Source of the DNA: a virus
Taxonomy: Duplodnaviria; Caudoviricetes
IMG/VR virus record: IMGVR_UViG_3300010358_000007
Location: 1 to 40,030 of that record
Strand: one strand, 5' to 3'
DNA: 40,030 nucleotides
This document shows positions 16,639-26,529 of this stretch, piece after piece; the stretch's first letter is position 1; each line of letters opens with the position of its first letter. A program made the position numbers and the translations under genes. The notes below the pieces were generated by a model. It was not told the origin of the DNA. It did no database searches and worked only from the letters and a program-made list of their open reading frames with translations.

Positions 16639-17928
16639 TCAGATCGCGTGCCGCCACTCGGGCAGTTTCTTCCCGGCGTATTTCTGGTCGGCCGGGTCGG
16701 TCCCAAAACCCATCGTCAACGCGGTGATCGCGTAGCGACCGGCATCGATCATGTTGTCGTAAAAGAGGTCCTTCGCCGGTTCGTCCCGCTTCGCGTCCAT
16801 GTGATAGCCGCCGGCAAACGCGCGGCGGGAGAGCCGGCAGGACTGATCGATCTGCAAGAGGCGCTGCCCGTCCGCTTCGATCCGCAAGAGCCCGCGCATG
16901 CGCTCGATCGTGTAGTTCAGGCTGTACTTCCGGGCGTAGGTCTGAATCTTGAACTCGTTCCGGAGAATCTGTGCCGACGTGGGTGCCCGGTCGTTCTTGT
17001 AGGTGCCGGCGATGTCGCAGTAGTCCTCCCACTCGGTCGTCTCGGGGAACCACTCGGCGGATAGGCGCAGCACCTCGGTCGCGAACGTCCGGAGATCAAT
17101 ATTCGTGCCCATGAGTTCGCGGAGCCAGAAGATGTGTCCGCCGGGGTGCTGCTGCAGCCAGACGCAGGCGGGGTGCACGTAGCCGAAGTCCCAGCCCCGG
17201 ACGACTTTCAGGTCGGGGTTGATGGCGAGATCGGCGACGTGGATCGCGGGATCGAAGTCCTCGAAGACCGGCTGCCCTTCCGCGAGGAACCCCCAGCGCC
17301 CGTAGAGGAATTTTTCCTTCCAGGCAGGCGGGTAGGCTTCGAGCGCCTGCAGGTAGTCCGGCGCCAAGTTCTCGGCGTTGTCGTAGGTGCTGGAGTGGAA
17401 CACCGCCTTGTCCGGCGTCGCTTGTTCCACGAACCAGCGGAACAGCCAGTGATCCTCGTCCGGGGGGTTCGTCGCCAGCGAGATGCGCCGGGGGCCGACC
17501 TTGCCACGCATGCGGGCGAGCAGCGCGAGGAACTCGCGCTCATCGATCTCGATCGCCTCGTCAATCTTGACCCGATCGAAGGCCATCGACCCGAGCTTCT
17601 TGTAGTCATCGAGGACGCGGAAGATGGTCCGGGAGCGGTTGATGAACTCCAACTCTTCCCGCCCCTCCGACTTGATCTCCCGGGCGATCAGGGCCGGCGG
17701 ACACATCTCCAGGTACGTCTTTTTGGTCGTGTCCCGGAGGCTCGGGTAGTAGCGCCGGAAGACGACGCCCGTGCTGCCCGGGTAGTCCATCGCTTCAAGG
17801 ATGTCTTCCATGACGAGTGCGACGGTTTTCCCGCTGCCGGCGGCGCCTAAGAGCAGCCGGTACTTGGCCGACGAGGCGTGGAACGGGCGTTGACTCGGGT
17901 TCGGGTGGTAATCGAGCGCGATTTTCAT
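16639..17928 (-). CDS. terL: Terminase large subunit
   Basis: Q motif SQRPFH; Walker A GAAGSGKT; Walker B IDEA; coupling motif ATNP; nuclease GWDFGY and DNMIDAGRY. Confidence 0.95.
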   Translation of the reverse strand: MKIALDYHPNPSQRPFHASSAKYRLLLGAAGSGKTVALVMEDILEAMDYPGSTGVVFRRYYPSLRDTTKKTYLEMCPPALIAREIKSEGREELEFINRSRTIFRVLDDYKKLGSMAFDRVKIDEAIEIDEREFLALLARMRGKVGPRRISLATNPPDEDHWLFRWFVEQATPDKAVFHSSTYDNAENLAPDYLQALEAYPPAWKEKFLYGRWGFLAEGQPVFEDFDPAIHVADLAINPDLKVVRGWDFGYVHPACVWLQQHPGGHIFWLRELMGTNIDLRTFATEVLRLSAEWFPETTEWEDYCDIAGTYKNDRAPTSAQILRNEFKIQTYARKYSLNYTIERMRGLLRIEADGQRLLQIDQSCRLSRRAFAGGYHMDAKRDEPAKDLFYDNMIDAGRYAITALTMGFGTDPADQKYAGKKLPEWRHAI

Positions 17929-18278
17929 CAACGGCTCGGGGTGACGTCGATCGGGGGCGGGCGTGGGATGTCGTGGGCGAGCGTGACGGCGACCGCCGTC
18001 GTGAGTGTGTCCTCGGGCGGGACGACGGCGCGGAGAATCGCATTCAGCATCGACCCGATCTCCTTGCCGTCCTTCGCCGTCGTCAGAATCTCCCGCATGT
18101 GCTCGATGACGGCGGGTTCGACCAGGAGATCGAGATACTTGTTCGTGAACAGTTGCCGGGCTTGGCGGATCGCGAGCACGCGGTCGGGTGGTCCGGGTGG
18201 GGGTACGGAGCGGAGATGCTTCGTTCCTCCTTGGGGACCCATGACGCCGGGGTCCTTGGGTGGCCGTTGCCCGCTCAT
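17928..18278 (-). CDS. terS: Probable terminase small subunit
   Basis: Immediately upstream of terL with TGATG coupling; SD GGAGGAG; 116 aa; call rests on position. Confidence 0.55.
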   Translation of the reverse strand: MSGQRPPKDPGVMGPQGGTKHLRSVPPPGPPDRVLAIRQARQLFTNKYLDLLVEPAVIEHMREILTTAKDGKEIGSMLNAILRAVVPPEDTLTTAVAVTLAHDIPRPPPIDVTPSR

Positions 18279-18297
18279 TACTCCTCCGGACTGAAAC

Positions 18298-18351
18298 CCG
18301 CCGGGTGGGTGCAGGGGTGTGCCGGAAGTTCCGAATGCACCCACCCGGCGG
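18298..18351. repeat. 16-bp perfect inverted repeat between the divergent packaging and capsid operons
   Basis: CCGCCGGGTGGGTGCA-N22-TGCACCCACCCGGCGG. Confidence 0.85.
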
Positions 18352-18427
18352 CTCGGACTGCGACATCCGTCCGTGGGCTTCCGTCCGAACGCCGCCGTCG
18401 AAGATCATTCAGAACCAGCATGGCGTA

Positions 18428-18456
18428 TTGACGCGGCATTTAGCGTTTGCTAGGGG
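18428..18456 (+). promoter_or_regulatory. Candidate late promoter TTGACG-17-TAGGGG
   Basis: Good -35, TG extension and weak -10 in an AT-richer patch upstream of the scaffold gene. Confidence 0.45.
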
Positions 18457-18514
18457 CCGCGACAACCCCTGTCGGGGTGCGGCGACACCACCAGGGGTGC
18501 GAGGGGGCATCCCG

Positions 18515-19471
18515 ATGGCACGACGTGGCGGCGCGGAACCCGCGCAAGACATCCGCGACGAAATCCGCGACCTCGGCCCGCCACCGGAATCCACGCCGTC
18601 CTCGACCACGTTCAGCGATCCGCTGCGCGCAGAGGAGAGTGCTCCGTCTGCACCCTCGCGGTCAGCGCCCCTCCCGCCCGAGGGACCGCCAACGACCGCA
18701 CCTACGCCTGAGGGTGCAGGCGAAGCCCCCTACGATGCGCGCGGCGAGGTGAATCGGCTGCGCGCGGAACTGCAGCAACGCGACCAGCGCGACGCCTACT
18801 ACCAGCGCGAACTCGCGCTCCGGCTCGCGGGCGCGCAGCAAGTCGCTGGCCAACCGTCTGGACAACCGCAGATCGATCCGACACTGCAGCAGGGACTCGA
18901 TATCCTGCAGGTGACGGAAGACGATCTCGCGCAAGTTTTTATGGGTGGGGAGCAAGGCGCCCAGATCGTCAGCCGTGCGCTCCAGGCGGTCTACTTGCTG
19001 GCGGTGAACGCCACCGAACAGCGCCTCATTAACTACTACAACCAGGATCAGGGCACCCGCGCGCAGCAGACGCAGATCGCCAATCGCGCGCAGCAGATGC
19101 ATACCGCCTTTTGGGAGGCGTATCCCGATCTCGCTCCCCACGAGATCACCGTCCAGCACTTCGCCGCGCAGGTGGCTCGCGAACAGGCAGAAAGTCCCCG
19201 GTTCGATTGGGAGTCCGCGCAGCGCGAGGTGGCGCGGCGGACGATGATGCACTTGCAGCAGCAGTACAACGTGTCGTTCGCGTCGCCTGCGGGCGGGGCG
19301 CCGGGCGCGGTGCCCGGTACGCTTCCCCCTCCCGGCCCGCGTCCGACGCTCCAGTCCCGGCTGCGTCCCGTGGTCGGCGAGATGGGCGGCGGACAGTCCC
19401 GGATGAACGGAAACACCGCTTCGCAGCGCTCGGCGTTGACCTCGGAGATTCTCGATCTCGGGAGACGGTAG
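18515..19471 (+). CDS. Probable capsid scaffolding protein
   Basis: Precedes the capsid gene; disordered Pro-rich N-terminus, coiled coil and helical core. Confidence 0.65.
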   Translation: MARRGGAEPAQDIRDEIRDLGPPPESTPSSTTFSDPLRAEESAPSAPSRSAPLPPEGPPTTAPTPEGAGEAPYDARGEVNRLRAELQQRDQRDAYYQRELALRLAGAQQVAGQPSGQPQIDPTLQQGLDILQVTEDDLAQVFMGGEQGAQIVSRALQAVYLLAVNATEQRLINYYNQDQGTRAQQTQIANRAQQMHTAFWEAYPDLAPHEITVQHFAAQVAREQAESPRFDWESAQREVARRTMMHLQQQYNVSFASPAGGAPGAVPGTLPPPGPRPTLQSRLRPVVGEMGGGQSRMNGNTASQRSALTSEILDLGRR

Positions 19472-19539
19472 CGGAGACGCGGGCGCCGAACGCGCCCCAC
19501 GTCGCGCGGGCTTGCGTGACGCCATGACGGAGGGAACAC

Positions 19540-20892
19540 ATGGCGGTCCTAGGCATGCGCGGCACCGGCAATTTCGGGCCGGTCGAAGAACCCGAAAATT
19601 GGCGCCAGGGCATCCTGCTCTATTTCCCGAACGGGGATGCGCCGCTGACGGCCTTCCTGTCGAAGATGCGGGAACAGCCGACCGATGACCCGACCTTCCA
19701 CTGGTTCGAGAAGGGCTTGCCGGTGCAGCGCGGCACGATTCGCGGCGCGGCCACGACCTCGGCGCCCGCAGACGGCGCGAACGTCGCGGCGGGTGGGACG
19801 GCGAACGTCTACGCCACGATCCAACCAGACGGGTCGGGGGCGAAGGACGTGACGATCTTCAAGGTCGGCTACGTCGTTCAGAACCAGACGACGGAGGAAA
19901 ACCTGCTCGTCGTCTCGGTCGACACGACGAACAACCAGATTCAGTTGCGCCGAGACATCGGCGACCGGTTCGCGACGAATCCGGCGATCACGTCGGGGGC
20001 GGTCGGGACCGGCGACGCGGTGGTCGTCATCGGCGAAGGGAACCCGGAAGGCGCGCTGATCGGCCAAGCGGTTGCCTATGCGCCCGTCCGCCAGTTCAAC
20101 TACACCCAGATTTTCCGCACCCCGCTGTCACTCACCCGGACGGCGCGGAAGTCGCGGCTCCGCTGGGATGACGAGGGACCGTACCGGGAAGCGAAGCGGG
20201 AGGCGCTGCAAATCCATTCGATCTCGATGGAGAAGGCGTTCCTCTTTGGCGAGCGGGAAGAGATCATCGCCTTGACCGGTGCCTCCGGGCCACTCGACAT
20301 CACCTCGACGGGACAGCCGCTGCGGACCACGCGCGGATTCCTCAACTGGTTGCCGCCTGTCACGACCGCATCGCTGTCGGTCAACACCGATCTGAACGTC
20401 TTGAATGCCGGATCGCTGACTGAGGTGACGTGGGACGCCTTCCTCGAACTCGCCTTCCGCTACGGGTCGCGGGAGAAGCTGGCGTTCTGCGGCAGCGGTG
20501 CCTTGATGGTCCTGAACGCGATGGCGAAGAACAAGGCGCGCATCGAGTTGGCCCCGACCGATGACACGTACGGGTTCCATCTGATCCGGTACATCACGCC
20601 GTTCGGCACGCTCATGCTCTACAATCACCCGCTGATGACCGATAACCCGAGCTGGCGGTACGATCTGCTCGTCATCGACCCGGACAAGCTCGTCTACCGG
20701 TACATCGACGATACTGTGTTCCTCCGGAACCGCCAGTCGCCCGGCGAAGACGCGTCGCGCGACGAGTTCCTGACCGAGTGCGGCTTGGAAGTGCACTGCA
20801 CGGGTGTGACCCCGGACGTGAACTCCCCCTCCACGATCCCGCTCCAGTCGGCGCATGCCCGGCTGAAGGGGATTCACGCCTACGGTGGCTAA
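19540..20892 (+). CDS. Major capsid protein (SU10/N4-like type with an inserted beta domain)
   Basis: APLTAFL...FHWFE, FNYTQIFRT, EKAFLFGER, RTTRG, YITPFGTL...HPL and DEFLTECGLEV motifs; SD GGAGG. Confidence 0.9.
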   Translation: MAVLGMRGTGNFGPVEEPENWRQGILLYFPNGDAPLTAFLSKMREQPTDDPTFHWFEKGLPVQRGTIRGAATTSAPADGANVAAGGTANVYATIQPDGSGAKDVTIFKVGYVVQNQTTEENLLVVSVDTTNNQIQLRRDIGDRFATNPAITSGAVGTGDAVVVIGEGNPEGALIGQAVAYAPVRQFNYTQIFRTPLSLTRTARKSRLRWDDEGPYREAKREALQIHSISMEKAFLFGEREEIIALTGASGPLDITSTGQPLRTTRGFLNWLPPVTTASLSVNTDLNVLNAGSLTEVTWDAFLELAFRYGSREKLAFCGSGALMVLNAMAKNKARIELAPTDDTYGFHLIRYITPFGTLMLYNHPLMTDNPSWRYDLLVIDPDKLVYRYIDDTVFLRNRQSPGEDASRDEFLTECGLEVHCTGVTPDVNSPSTIPLQSAHARLKGIHAYGG

Positions 20893-20894
20893 CG

Positions 20895-21122
20895 ATGGCT
20901 GGACCAGCCCCACGCGATTACGGCGACGATACGAACTACACGACGCCGAAGGGCGAGAAGAGTCACATCGGAAACGCCCTCAATAGCGGCATCGACATGA
21001 CGGACATCCCGGTGAAGGATGCGCGCAAGTTCATGGCGGCGGCGAAGCCGAACACGAACGCGCCGCCCGCGCCGTCCGATCTGGAACGGTGCCGGGGCTA
21101 CGTCAAGTCACGGGGGCGCTGA
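20895..21122 (+). CDS. Hypothetical virion-associated protein
   Basis: Starts 2 nt after the capsid stop. Confidence 0.6.
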   Translation: MAGPAPRDYGDDTNYTTPKGEKSHIGNALNSGIDMTDIPVKDARKFMAAAKPNTNAPPAPSDLERCRGYVKSRGR

Positions 21123-21123
21123 G

Positions 21124-21465
21124 ATGGCACTCACGTTCAATTCCACGATCGACCAGGCCAAACGGACCTGGCGGGTCGATGCCGGCCTGACCTTCACCCA
21201 ATGTGACATGACGACATCCACGGGATCAGGGGGCGCGGACTATGCCAGCGGCTTCGATCTAAACGCCGTCGCGCAACTGATCGGGCTGAACAAGGTCATC
21301 GCGGTCCTCGATTGCGCGGTCATCAACAAGCCGACGCTGCGCGGCCAGTGGGCGATTGCGAGTCCGCCTCCCAGCAAGCTCCGGTTCTACATTCCGGCGG
21401 GGACCGAAGTGACGACGGATATCGCGGCAGGCGACGTCATCCGCATGCTGGTCGCCGGCATCTAA
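21124..21465 (+). CDS. Possible capsid decoration protein
   Basis: DYASGFDL...KLRFY..AGTEV...IRMLVAG beta-rich pattern; follows the capsid gene. Confidence 0.55.
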   Translation: MALTFNSTIDQAKRTWRVDAGLTFTQCDMTTSTGSGGADYASGFDLNAVAQLIGLNKVIAVLDCAVINKPTLRGQWAIASPPPSKLRFYIPAGTEVTTDIAAGDVIRMLVAGI

Positions 21466-21481
21466 CGAACAGGAGACGGGA

Positions 21482-21667
21482 ATGCCCAACAAGCAAGGCA
21501 TCGGCGACGGCACCGGGATGGGCGACTGTCCCGAGGGCGACGGCCTGTCGAACTTCGAGGACGCGAAGCCCGAGAATCCGGGCGCCCCGTACGATTCCAA
21601 CCGGGGCGGACGCGGACCGGAACTCCCGGCGAAGACGTCCAGCGGCGCGGATAGCCCGAAGGGATAA
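21482..21667 (+). CDS. Small Gly/Pro-rich hypothetical protein
   Basis: SD AGGAG. Confidence 0.55.
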   Translation: MPNKQGIGDGTGMGDCPEGDGLSNFEDAKPENPGAPYDSNRGGRGPELPAKTSSGADSPKG

Positions 21668-21721
21668 GGCTGCGCGGCCCGCGCCGGGGGCAGGCGGCGG
21701 CGACGGGCCACCGCTTGCCCG

Positions 21722-22417
21722 ATGGCGACTCTCGCGCAACTCCGTACGGACCTCCGGACGTGGACGGCGACCCACGCCAATGTGGCGGTGTTGCCGGACT
21801 GGGTGTGCGACGAGGCAATCAACGGGGCGGTGGGCCTCATGCAAGAGGCGCACTTGTGGCGGGGACAGGAAACGACGTCTGTCACCCTCACCTACCCCGC
21901 GACTGCCGAATCGATCGCCCTGCCGTCTGATTTCGTTGCGCAGAAGGCGCTCTATCGGCAGGACGACGCCGCTCCGGTGCCGATCCCGCTCGCCTACATC
22001 GAAAAGACGCTGCGGGACGAGTTCATCCGCGCGGAGGCGCCGATCGGCGGCGTGCGCGATCCCGAGTACCCGCAGATCGCGCCCGCGTCGGCGGTGACGA
22101 CGGGCCAGGGCACCCGCTACGCTGTGTGGCAGGAGCGCCTGTATCTCTACCCGGCGCCATCGAGCGCCGATCTGACGCTGCTGCTCGACTACTGGAAGCG
22201 GTTGCCGGCGCTCGCGAACCCGAACGACACGAATTTCTTCACCATCCGCTATCCGCACGTCTTGCGCTACGGCGCGCTCGCCGATGCCTACGTCTATCTC
22301 CAAGAAGAGGAGCGCAGCGGCGTCCATCGGCAACTGTTCGAGTCGATGCTGGCGCGCGTGATCCTCGATGACAAGACGTTCATGCTCGCGGGGGGCACGA
22401 CGTCCCGTGGGACGTGA
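21722..22417 (+). CDS. Head-tail adaptor / tail tubular protein A
   Basis: MATLAQLR..., ALPSDF, LYLYPAP, YPHVLRYGALADAYVYL motifs of podovirus adaptors. Confidence 0.8.
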   Translation: MATLAQLRTDLRTWTATHANVAVLPDWVCDEAINGAVGLMQEAHLWRGQETTSVTLTYPATAESIALPSDFVAQKALYRQDDAAPVPIPLAYIEKTLRDEFIRAEAPIGGVRDPEYPQIAPASAVTTGQGTRYAVWQERLYLYPAPSSADLTLLLDYWKRLPALANPNDTNFFTIRYPHVLRYGALADAYVYLQEEERSGVHRQLFESMLARVILDDKTFMLAGGTTSRGT

Positions 22418-24123
22418 TGGCCGGCGAGTGGGTCCAGGTGCCCACCTTCGGGGGTGGCCTCAACTTTAACGCCCTCCCGTCCGCCATCGCGGACAACGAA
22501 TGGTCGTGGTGTAACGGGTTCTTCCCCGATGAGCAGGGTGCGATCCCGCTCCCGACCTACAGCCAGGTGATCCCGGCATCGTTCTTCTCTGGGAAGACGC
22601 CCGCACAGACGGTGTTCGGCGTGCTCATGAACCCGTTCAATCCGGCGACGGGGCTGCTCATCCTGACGTACGACACGACCGCGGCGGACCCCGCGCCGGT
22701 CTATTTCTACCAGTCCAACGGGACGCCGGGCGGGACGACGGAGATTCCGTGGGATGGCGTCGGGAGTCGTCCGACGCGCTACAAGGCGCATCAGACCGCA
22801 CCCATGAGTGCCTTCCTGGACGGCTGGCTCTGCATCACGGTCGGGAGCGGGGACAGCGGGTTCTCGATCTTCCGCTGGAACGGGACCGGCAGCTACTCGA
22901 CGCTGATCCAGGGGACGACGTTCCGGTGCGCCTATCTCGTCTCGTTCGGCGGCTTTCTGATCGGCGCCGCATGGGGCACGTCGCAGGCGGACGTGCGCCG
23001 GGTGAAGATCAGCGATAGCAACTCGACCACGGTCTGGACGCCCGCGATCTCGAATGCGGCGGACGATCTCGTCCTCGATGATTCCGTCTCGGGGATCGTG
23101 GGTCTCGGGCTCTTGAACGCGAACGCGCTGGGCATCTTCACACGCGCCGCGCTCTATGCGTTGTCGCCAACCGGAAACATCCCGGCCTTCACGCGCGCCT
23201 ATGCCGGCATGTATCCGGCGTCGGATGGCGGCTCGCAGCAGGGCGCGTCCACGGCGTTCTACGCGCAGACGACGCCACTCATCGGTGAGACGCCGTACGG
23301 GACGGCGCATGTCGGCTACTCGAACGTCTATGTCGGATTGGAGAATGCGGTCGGGACGAAAATCTGGCGGTTCTTAAGTTACCAGATCGACCCGCCGACG
23401 AATCTCCCGCAGACGGTGCCCCGGCTCATCTGGCATCATCGGCTGCGCGCGTTGATCGTCCCGACGATCGCGCATCCGTCCCCGAACGACGGGTTCTTCT
23501 ACTACAACCCGCTGACGGAAGGTTGGGGCTGGCAGCATCTCGCGAACGTGACGATCGGGCGCGATCACGCGCTGGTGCATGTGGGGACGGGGATCGGGAC
23601 GCCGACGTGGACGCATTTCGTCGTGGACACGAACGGGAACATCTTGGGCGAGCAGCCGCCGCCATCTGCCCGGCCCGGCATCTACGTGGACACGAAAGAT
23701 TTTTCGATGCCGGCGGACCGCTACATCGACGCCATCAAGCTCGACTGGGAACCGCTCTTTCCGAGTACCGTGCTCCGGGTGTCCTGCTTGGCGCGTGAGG
23801 GGATCAACGACGGGCTACAGCAGGGCGTGATCTACGGGACGCTCGGGTATGAGCAGAACCTGACCGATCTCTTCGCCGCCGTCTCAGACTGTCAACGCTG
23901 TCTGCTTTCGCCCGGGGCCAGCGAGAACGCGATCCGGGCGCGGGGGAAGTACAACCGCTTTCGGATCGAGATCGTGTCGGGCCTCGCGCGGATTCGGGGC
24001 TTTGCGTTCCGCCAAGCGATGGCGAGCGACCGGCTGACGAACGTGCGGCTCGTCGTGCAGCCGGCGAATGCCGCGATGTGGAATGGGCAGGCATGGAACC
24101 AGCGGTTCTGGAGTTCGCTCTGA
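22414..24123 (+). CDS. Tail nozzle / tubular protein B (beta-propeller)
   Basis: FGGGLN N-terminus; beta-rich 569 aa; C-terminal RGKYNRFRI; follows the adaptor. Confidence 0.75.
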   Translation: MMAGEWVQVPTFGGGLNFNALPSAIADNEWSWCNGFFPDEQGAIPLPTYSQVIPASFFSGKTPAQTVFGVLMNPFNPATGLLILTYDTTAADPAPVYFYQSNGTPGGTTEIPWDGVGSRPTRYKAHQTAPMSAFLDGWLCITVGSGDSGFSIFRWNGTGSYSTLIQGTTFRCAYLVSFGGFLIGAAWGTSQADVRRVKISDSNSTTVWTPAISNAADDLVLDDSVSGIVGLGLLNANALGIFTRAALYALSPTGNIPAFTRAYAGMYPASDGGSQQGASTAFYAQTTPLIGETPYGTAHVGYSNVYVGLENAVGTKIWRFLSYQIDPPTNLPQTVPRLIWHHRLRALIVPTIAHPSPNDGFFYYNPLTEGWGWQHLANVTIGRDHALVHVGTGIGTPTWTHFVVDTNGNILGEQPPPSARPGIYVDTKDFSMPADRYIDAIKLDWEPLFPSTVLRVSCLAREGINDGLQQGVIYGTLGYEQNLTDLFAAVSDCQRCLLSPGASENAIRARGKYNRFRIEIVSGLARIRGFAFRQAMASDRLTNVRLVVQPANAAMWNGQAWNQRFWSSL

Positions 24124-24138
24124 GAAGGAGATTGTGGA

Positions 24139-25518
24139 ATGGCGACGATTCAGCGTCCGCTCAAAACCTATGGCAATCGGACCTATGTGGCCGAGGTGGC
24201 GGCTGCGCCGAGCAACCAGGACCCGATCCTCGCCAACGAGGTCGATGGCGACATCGACACCATCTACAGCGCGTGGAACGGCGGCGCGGACACGGTCAAC
24301 ATCAAGGACGGCGCGATCAGCCGGGTGAAGCTGAGCACGACGGATGTCTTGCCTTCCTTGCCCCCGGTGCCGACAGCGACGGATGCGAACAGGACGGTGG
24401 TGGTGAACTCTGCCGGGACCGGGCTGATCCTCGGGACCGGTGGCACCTTTGCCGGACCGACACCACCCGCGACGCCGCAGGTCGGACAACTCTGGTGGCG
24501 CAATGACCCGGACGGCAACCTCTTCATCTACTATGATGATGGGAACTCGAAGCAGTTCGTCCCCGCCGTGCCGTCGTCGGTCGGCCCGTGGAGCGTGTCC
24601 GGGACGACGCTGACGCCGACCGATGCGACGAAGACGGTCAGCGTGCCGGGTGCGGGTGGTGGTCCTGGAACAGTAATTCTTGGAAACCGGACGATCAAAA
24701 CGCGCGTCATGGAGCAGGGCAATAACGACCTCGCGTATCTGACGCTCAATGGCGCTCTTACTGCAGGAAATGCCTGGGTGCAGGACGATGTGAGCAAACC
24801 GACGTGGGCGGTACAGCTCTATACCGGAGACAGTTTCAGCGTCGTGCGATTCCCACCGGGGGCTGGTTCATCGGCGACCCTGCTCACGCTCGACAACGCG
24901 GGCAACCTCTCGTTGCCTGGGACCGACATCAAGGCCGTGCTTGGATCGTCGACCGCGAAGTCGCGGGTCACGCATGCGAGTGGTTATAATTTACTTTCTC
25001 TCAGCTACAATCTCACTGCTCCGGTCGCGACGACCCGCGACGATGCGGCGGCGGCTGCTGCCGAGGTCTATCTCCAGGGCGGTGCCGGAGGGCAGAGCCT
25101 CGTCTACCGGGCGATATCGGCGGGTGGCGTGGCGACCCAGTGCTTGCAGGTGGACGGGACCAGCTCGCCGCCCGGAAACCTGTTCATTACCGGCAGCGTC
25201 GGACAAAAGGCCACTGGCACGACGTGGTCGAATCCGTCCGACCCGCGCCTGAAGCAGGACGTCGGCACGTACGATCGCGGTCTGGCCGACATCCTAAAGC
25301 TCTCGCCCATCACCTATCGCCTGAAGGCCGACCCGGAGCGCGAGTGCCAGGGCTTCGATGCCGCCGCCGTCAAGGACGTCTTCCCCGAATGCATCGGCAC
25401 CACGCGGATGAAGCTCGATCCGGAGGGCGAGGAGGAAGAGGTGCTCACCTTCGACATGCACCCCGTGCTCGTCGCGCTCGTCAATGCGGTGAAGGAACTC
25501 GCCGGGAAGGGACACTAA
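24139..25518 (+). CDS. Tail fibre 1 with C-terminal peptidase S74 chaperone
   Basis: N-terminal anchor (ILANEVDGDIDTI); SDPRLK Ser/Lys dyad; terminal LVNAVKEL helix. Confidence 0.85.
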   Translation: MATIQRPLKTYGNRTYVAEVAAAPSNQDPILANEVDGDIDTIYSAWNGGADTVNIKDGAISRVKLSTTDVLPSLPPVPTATDANRTVVVNSAGTGLILGTGGTFAGPTPPATPQVGQLWWRNDPDGNLFIYYDDGNSKQFVPAVPSSVGPWSVSGTTLTPTDATKTVSVPGAGGGPGTVILGNRTIKTRVMEQGNNDLAYLTLNGALTAGNAWVQDDVSKPTWAVQLYTGDSFSVVRFPPGAGSSATLLTLDNAGNLSLPGTDIKAVLGSSTAKSRVTHASGYNLLSLSYNLTAPVATTRDDAAAAAAEVYLQGGAGGQSLVYRAISAGGVATQCLQVDGTSSPPGNLFITGSVGQKATGTTWSNPSDPRLKQDVGTYDRGLADILKLSPITYRLKADPERECQGFDAAAVKDVFPECIGTTRMKLDPEGEEEEVLTFDMHPVLVALVNAVKELAGKGH

Positions 25519-25519
25519 G

Positions 25520-26317
25520 ATGGCAGCCCTCGATTTCCCCGCATCGCCCACAGTCGGGCAGACGTATGCCGGCACGAACGGCGTCAACTATCAGTGGGAT
25601 GGGACAGTCTGGACGGTGCCGCTCGGCGGGGCGCAGCTCTGGGTGGACACCGGGACGGCGCTCCAGCCGACCGATGCGACGAAGAACGTCAGCATTCCTG
25701 CGACCGCGACCAACAATGCGCTCGTGGCGGGATCACGCACGATAAAGGGGCGGCTGGTCACCTACACTGCCGGGAACATCAGCTATCTGACCGAAAACAT
25801 GGCACTCAGCGCTACTCCTGCGTGGGTGCGTGACGACGCTGCGAAACCGGCGTGGGCCGTTGCGCTCGACGTTGACGCTGACCAAGCGACAGTCGGCCAT
25901 CTGAACGTGGCCGGCACGTTTACGACGCCGTTCTTCCTAGATGCCAGCGGTAATCTCCAGATCGCGGGTAGCAATGCCACTAAGGCGACCGGGACGACTT
26001 GGATCAATCCCTCTGACCCGCGTCTCAAGGAGGACGTCGCCCCCTACGCCGCCGGCTTGGCCGAGATCTGCCGGCTCGCCCCGATCACCTACCGCTTGAA
26101 GGCGCAGCCCGACGGCCCGCTCTGCTACGGGTTCGATGCGGAGAAAGTTCGGGACGTGTTTCCCGAATGCGTCTCGACGACGAAGATGAAGCTCGATCCA
26201 GCCGACGAAGCAGAGACCGAGGACGTGCTCGTCTTCGACATGCACCCAATCTTGATCGCCATCGTCAATGCGCTGAAGGAAGTGGAGACGCGGCTCGCCG
26301 CGCTGGAGGCACGATGA
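25520..26317 (+). CDS. Tail fibre 2 with C-terminal peptidase S74 chaperone
   Basis: LDFPASPTVGQTY...YQWDGTVW N-terminus; SDPRLKEDV; IVNALKEVETRLAALE. Confidence 0.85.
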   Translation: MAALDFPASPTVGQTYAGTNGVNYQWDGTVWTVPLGGAQLWVDTGTALQPTDATKNVSIPATATNNALVAGSRTIKGRLVTYTAGNISYLTENMALSATPAWVRDDAAKPAWAVALDVDADQATVGHLNVAGTFTTPFFLDASGNLQIAGSNATKATGTTWINPSDPRLKEDVAPYAAGLAEICRLAPITYRLKAQPDGPLCYGFDAEKVRDVFPECVSTTKMKLDPADEAETEDVLVFDMHPILIAIVNALKEVETRLAALEAR

Positions 26318-26529
26318 CCCGGGACGATTTGACTCGCCGCCTCGAAGTGCTGACCGAGCGCCTGCTGCGCCGACGGCTGCAACTCCAGGAAGCGCAGCGG
26401 GTCGCACGCGACACCGAAGCGGCCTGTCATCAACTGGAAGGGGCGATCGGCACGCTCCGCGAACTCTTGGAGAGCGAGTCCGTGCGACCGAACGGTCCCG
26501 ACCCAGACCCAGAAGCACCGCCGGGATGA
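26314..26529 (+). CDS. Small coiled-coil protein, possible fibre assembly factor
   Basis: ATGA-coupled; heptads ending QLEGAIGTLRELL. Confidence 0.65.
   Translation: MTRDDLTRRLEVLTERLLRRRLQLQEAQRVARDTEAACHQLEGAIGTLRELLESESVRPNGPDPDPEAPPG

Noticed and set aside
14581-17064. 827-aa plus-strand ORF and similar long antisense ORFs (e.g. 29284..31053, 34989..36653)
   Set aside because: Shadow frames of real genes, caused by high GC3 and scarce antisense stop codons.
24139-26317. Fibre-gene similarity as a diversity-generating retroelement or invertible cassette
   Set aside because: No reverse transcriptase or invertase is present, differences are not confined to adenines, and both copies are intact co-oriented genes.
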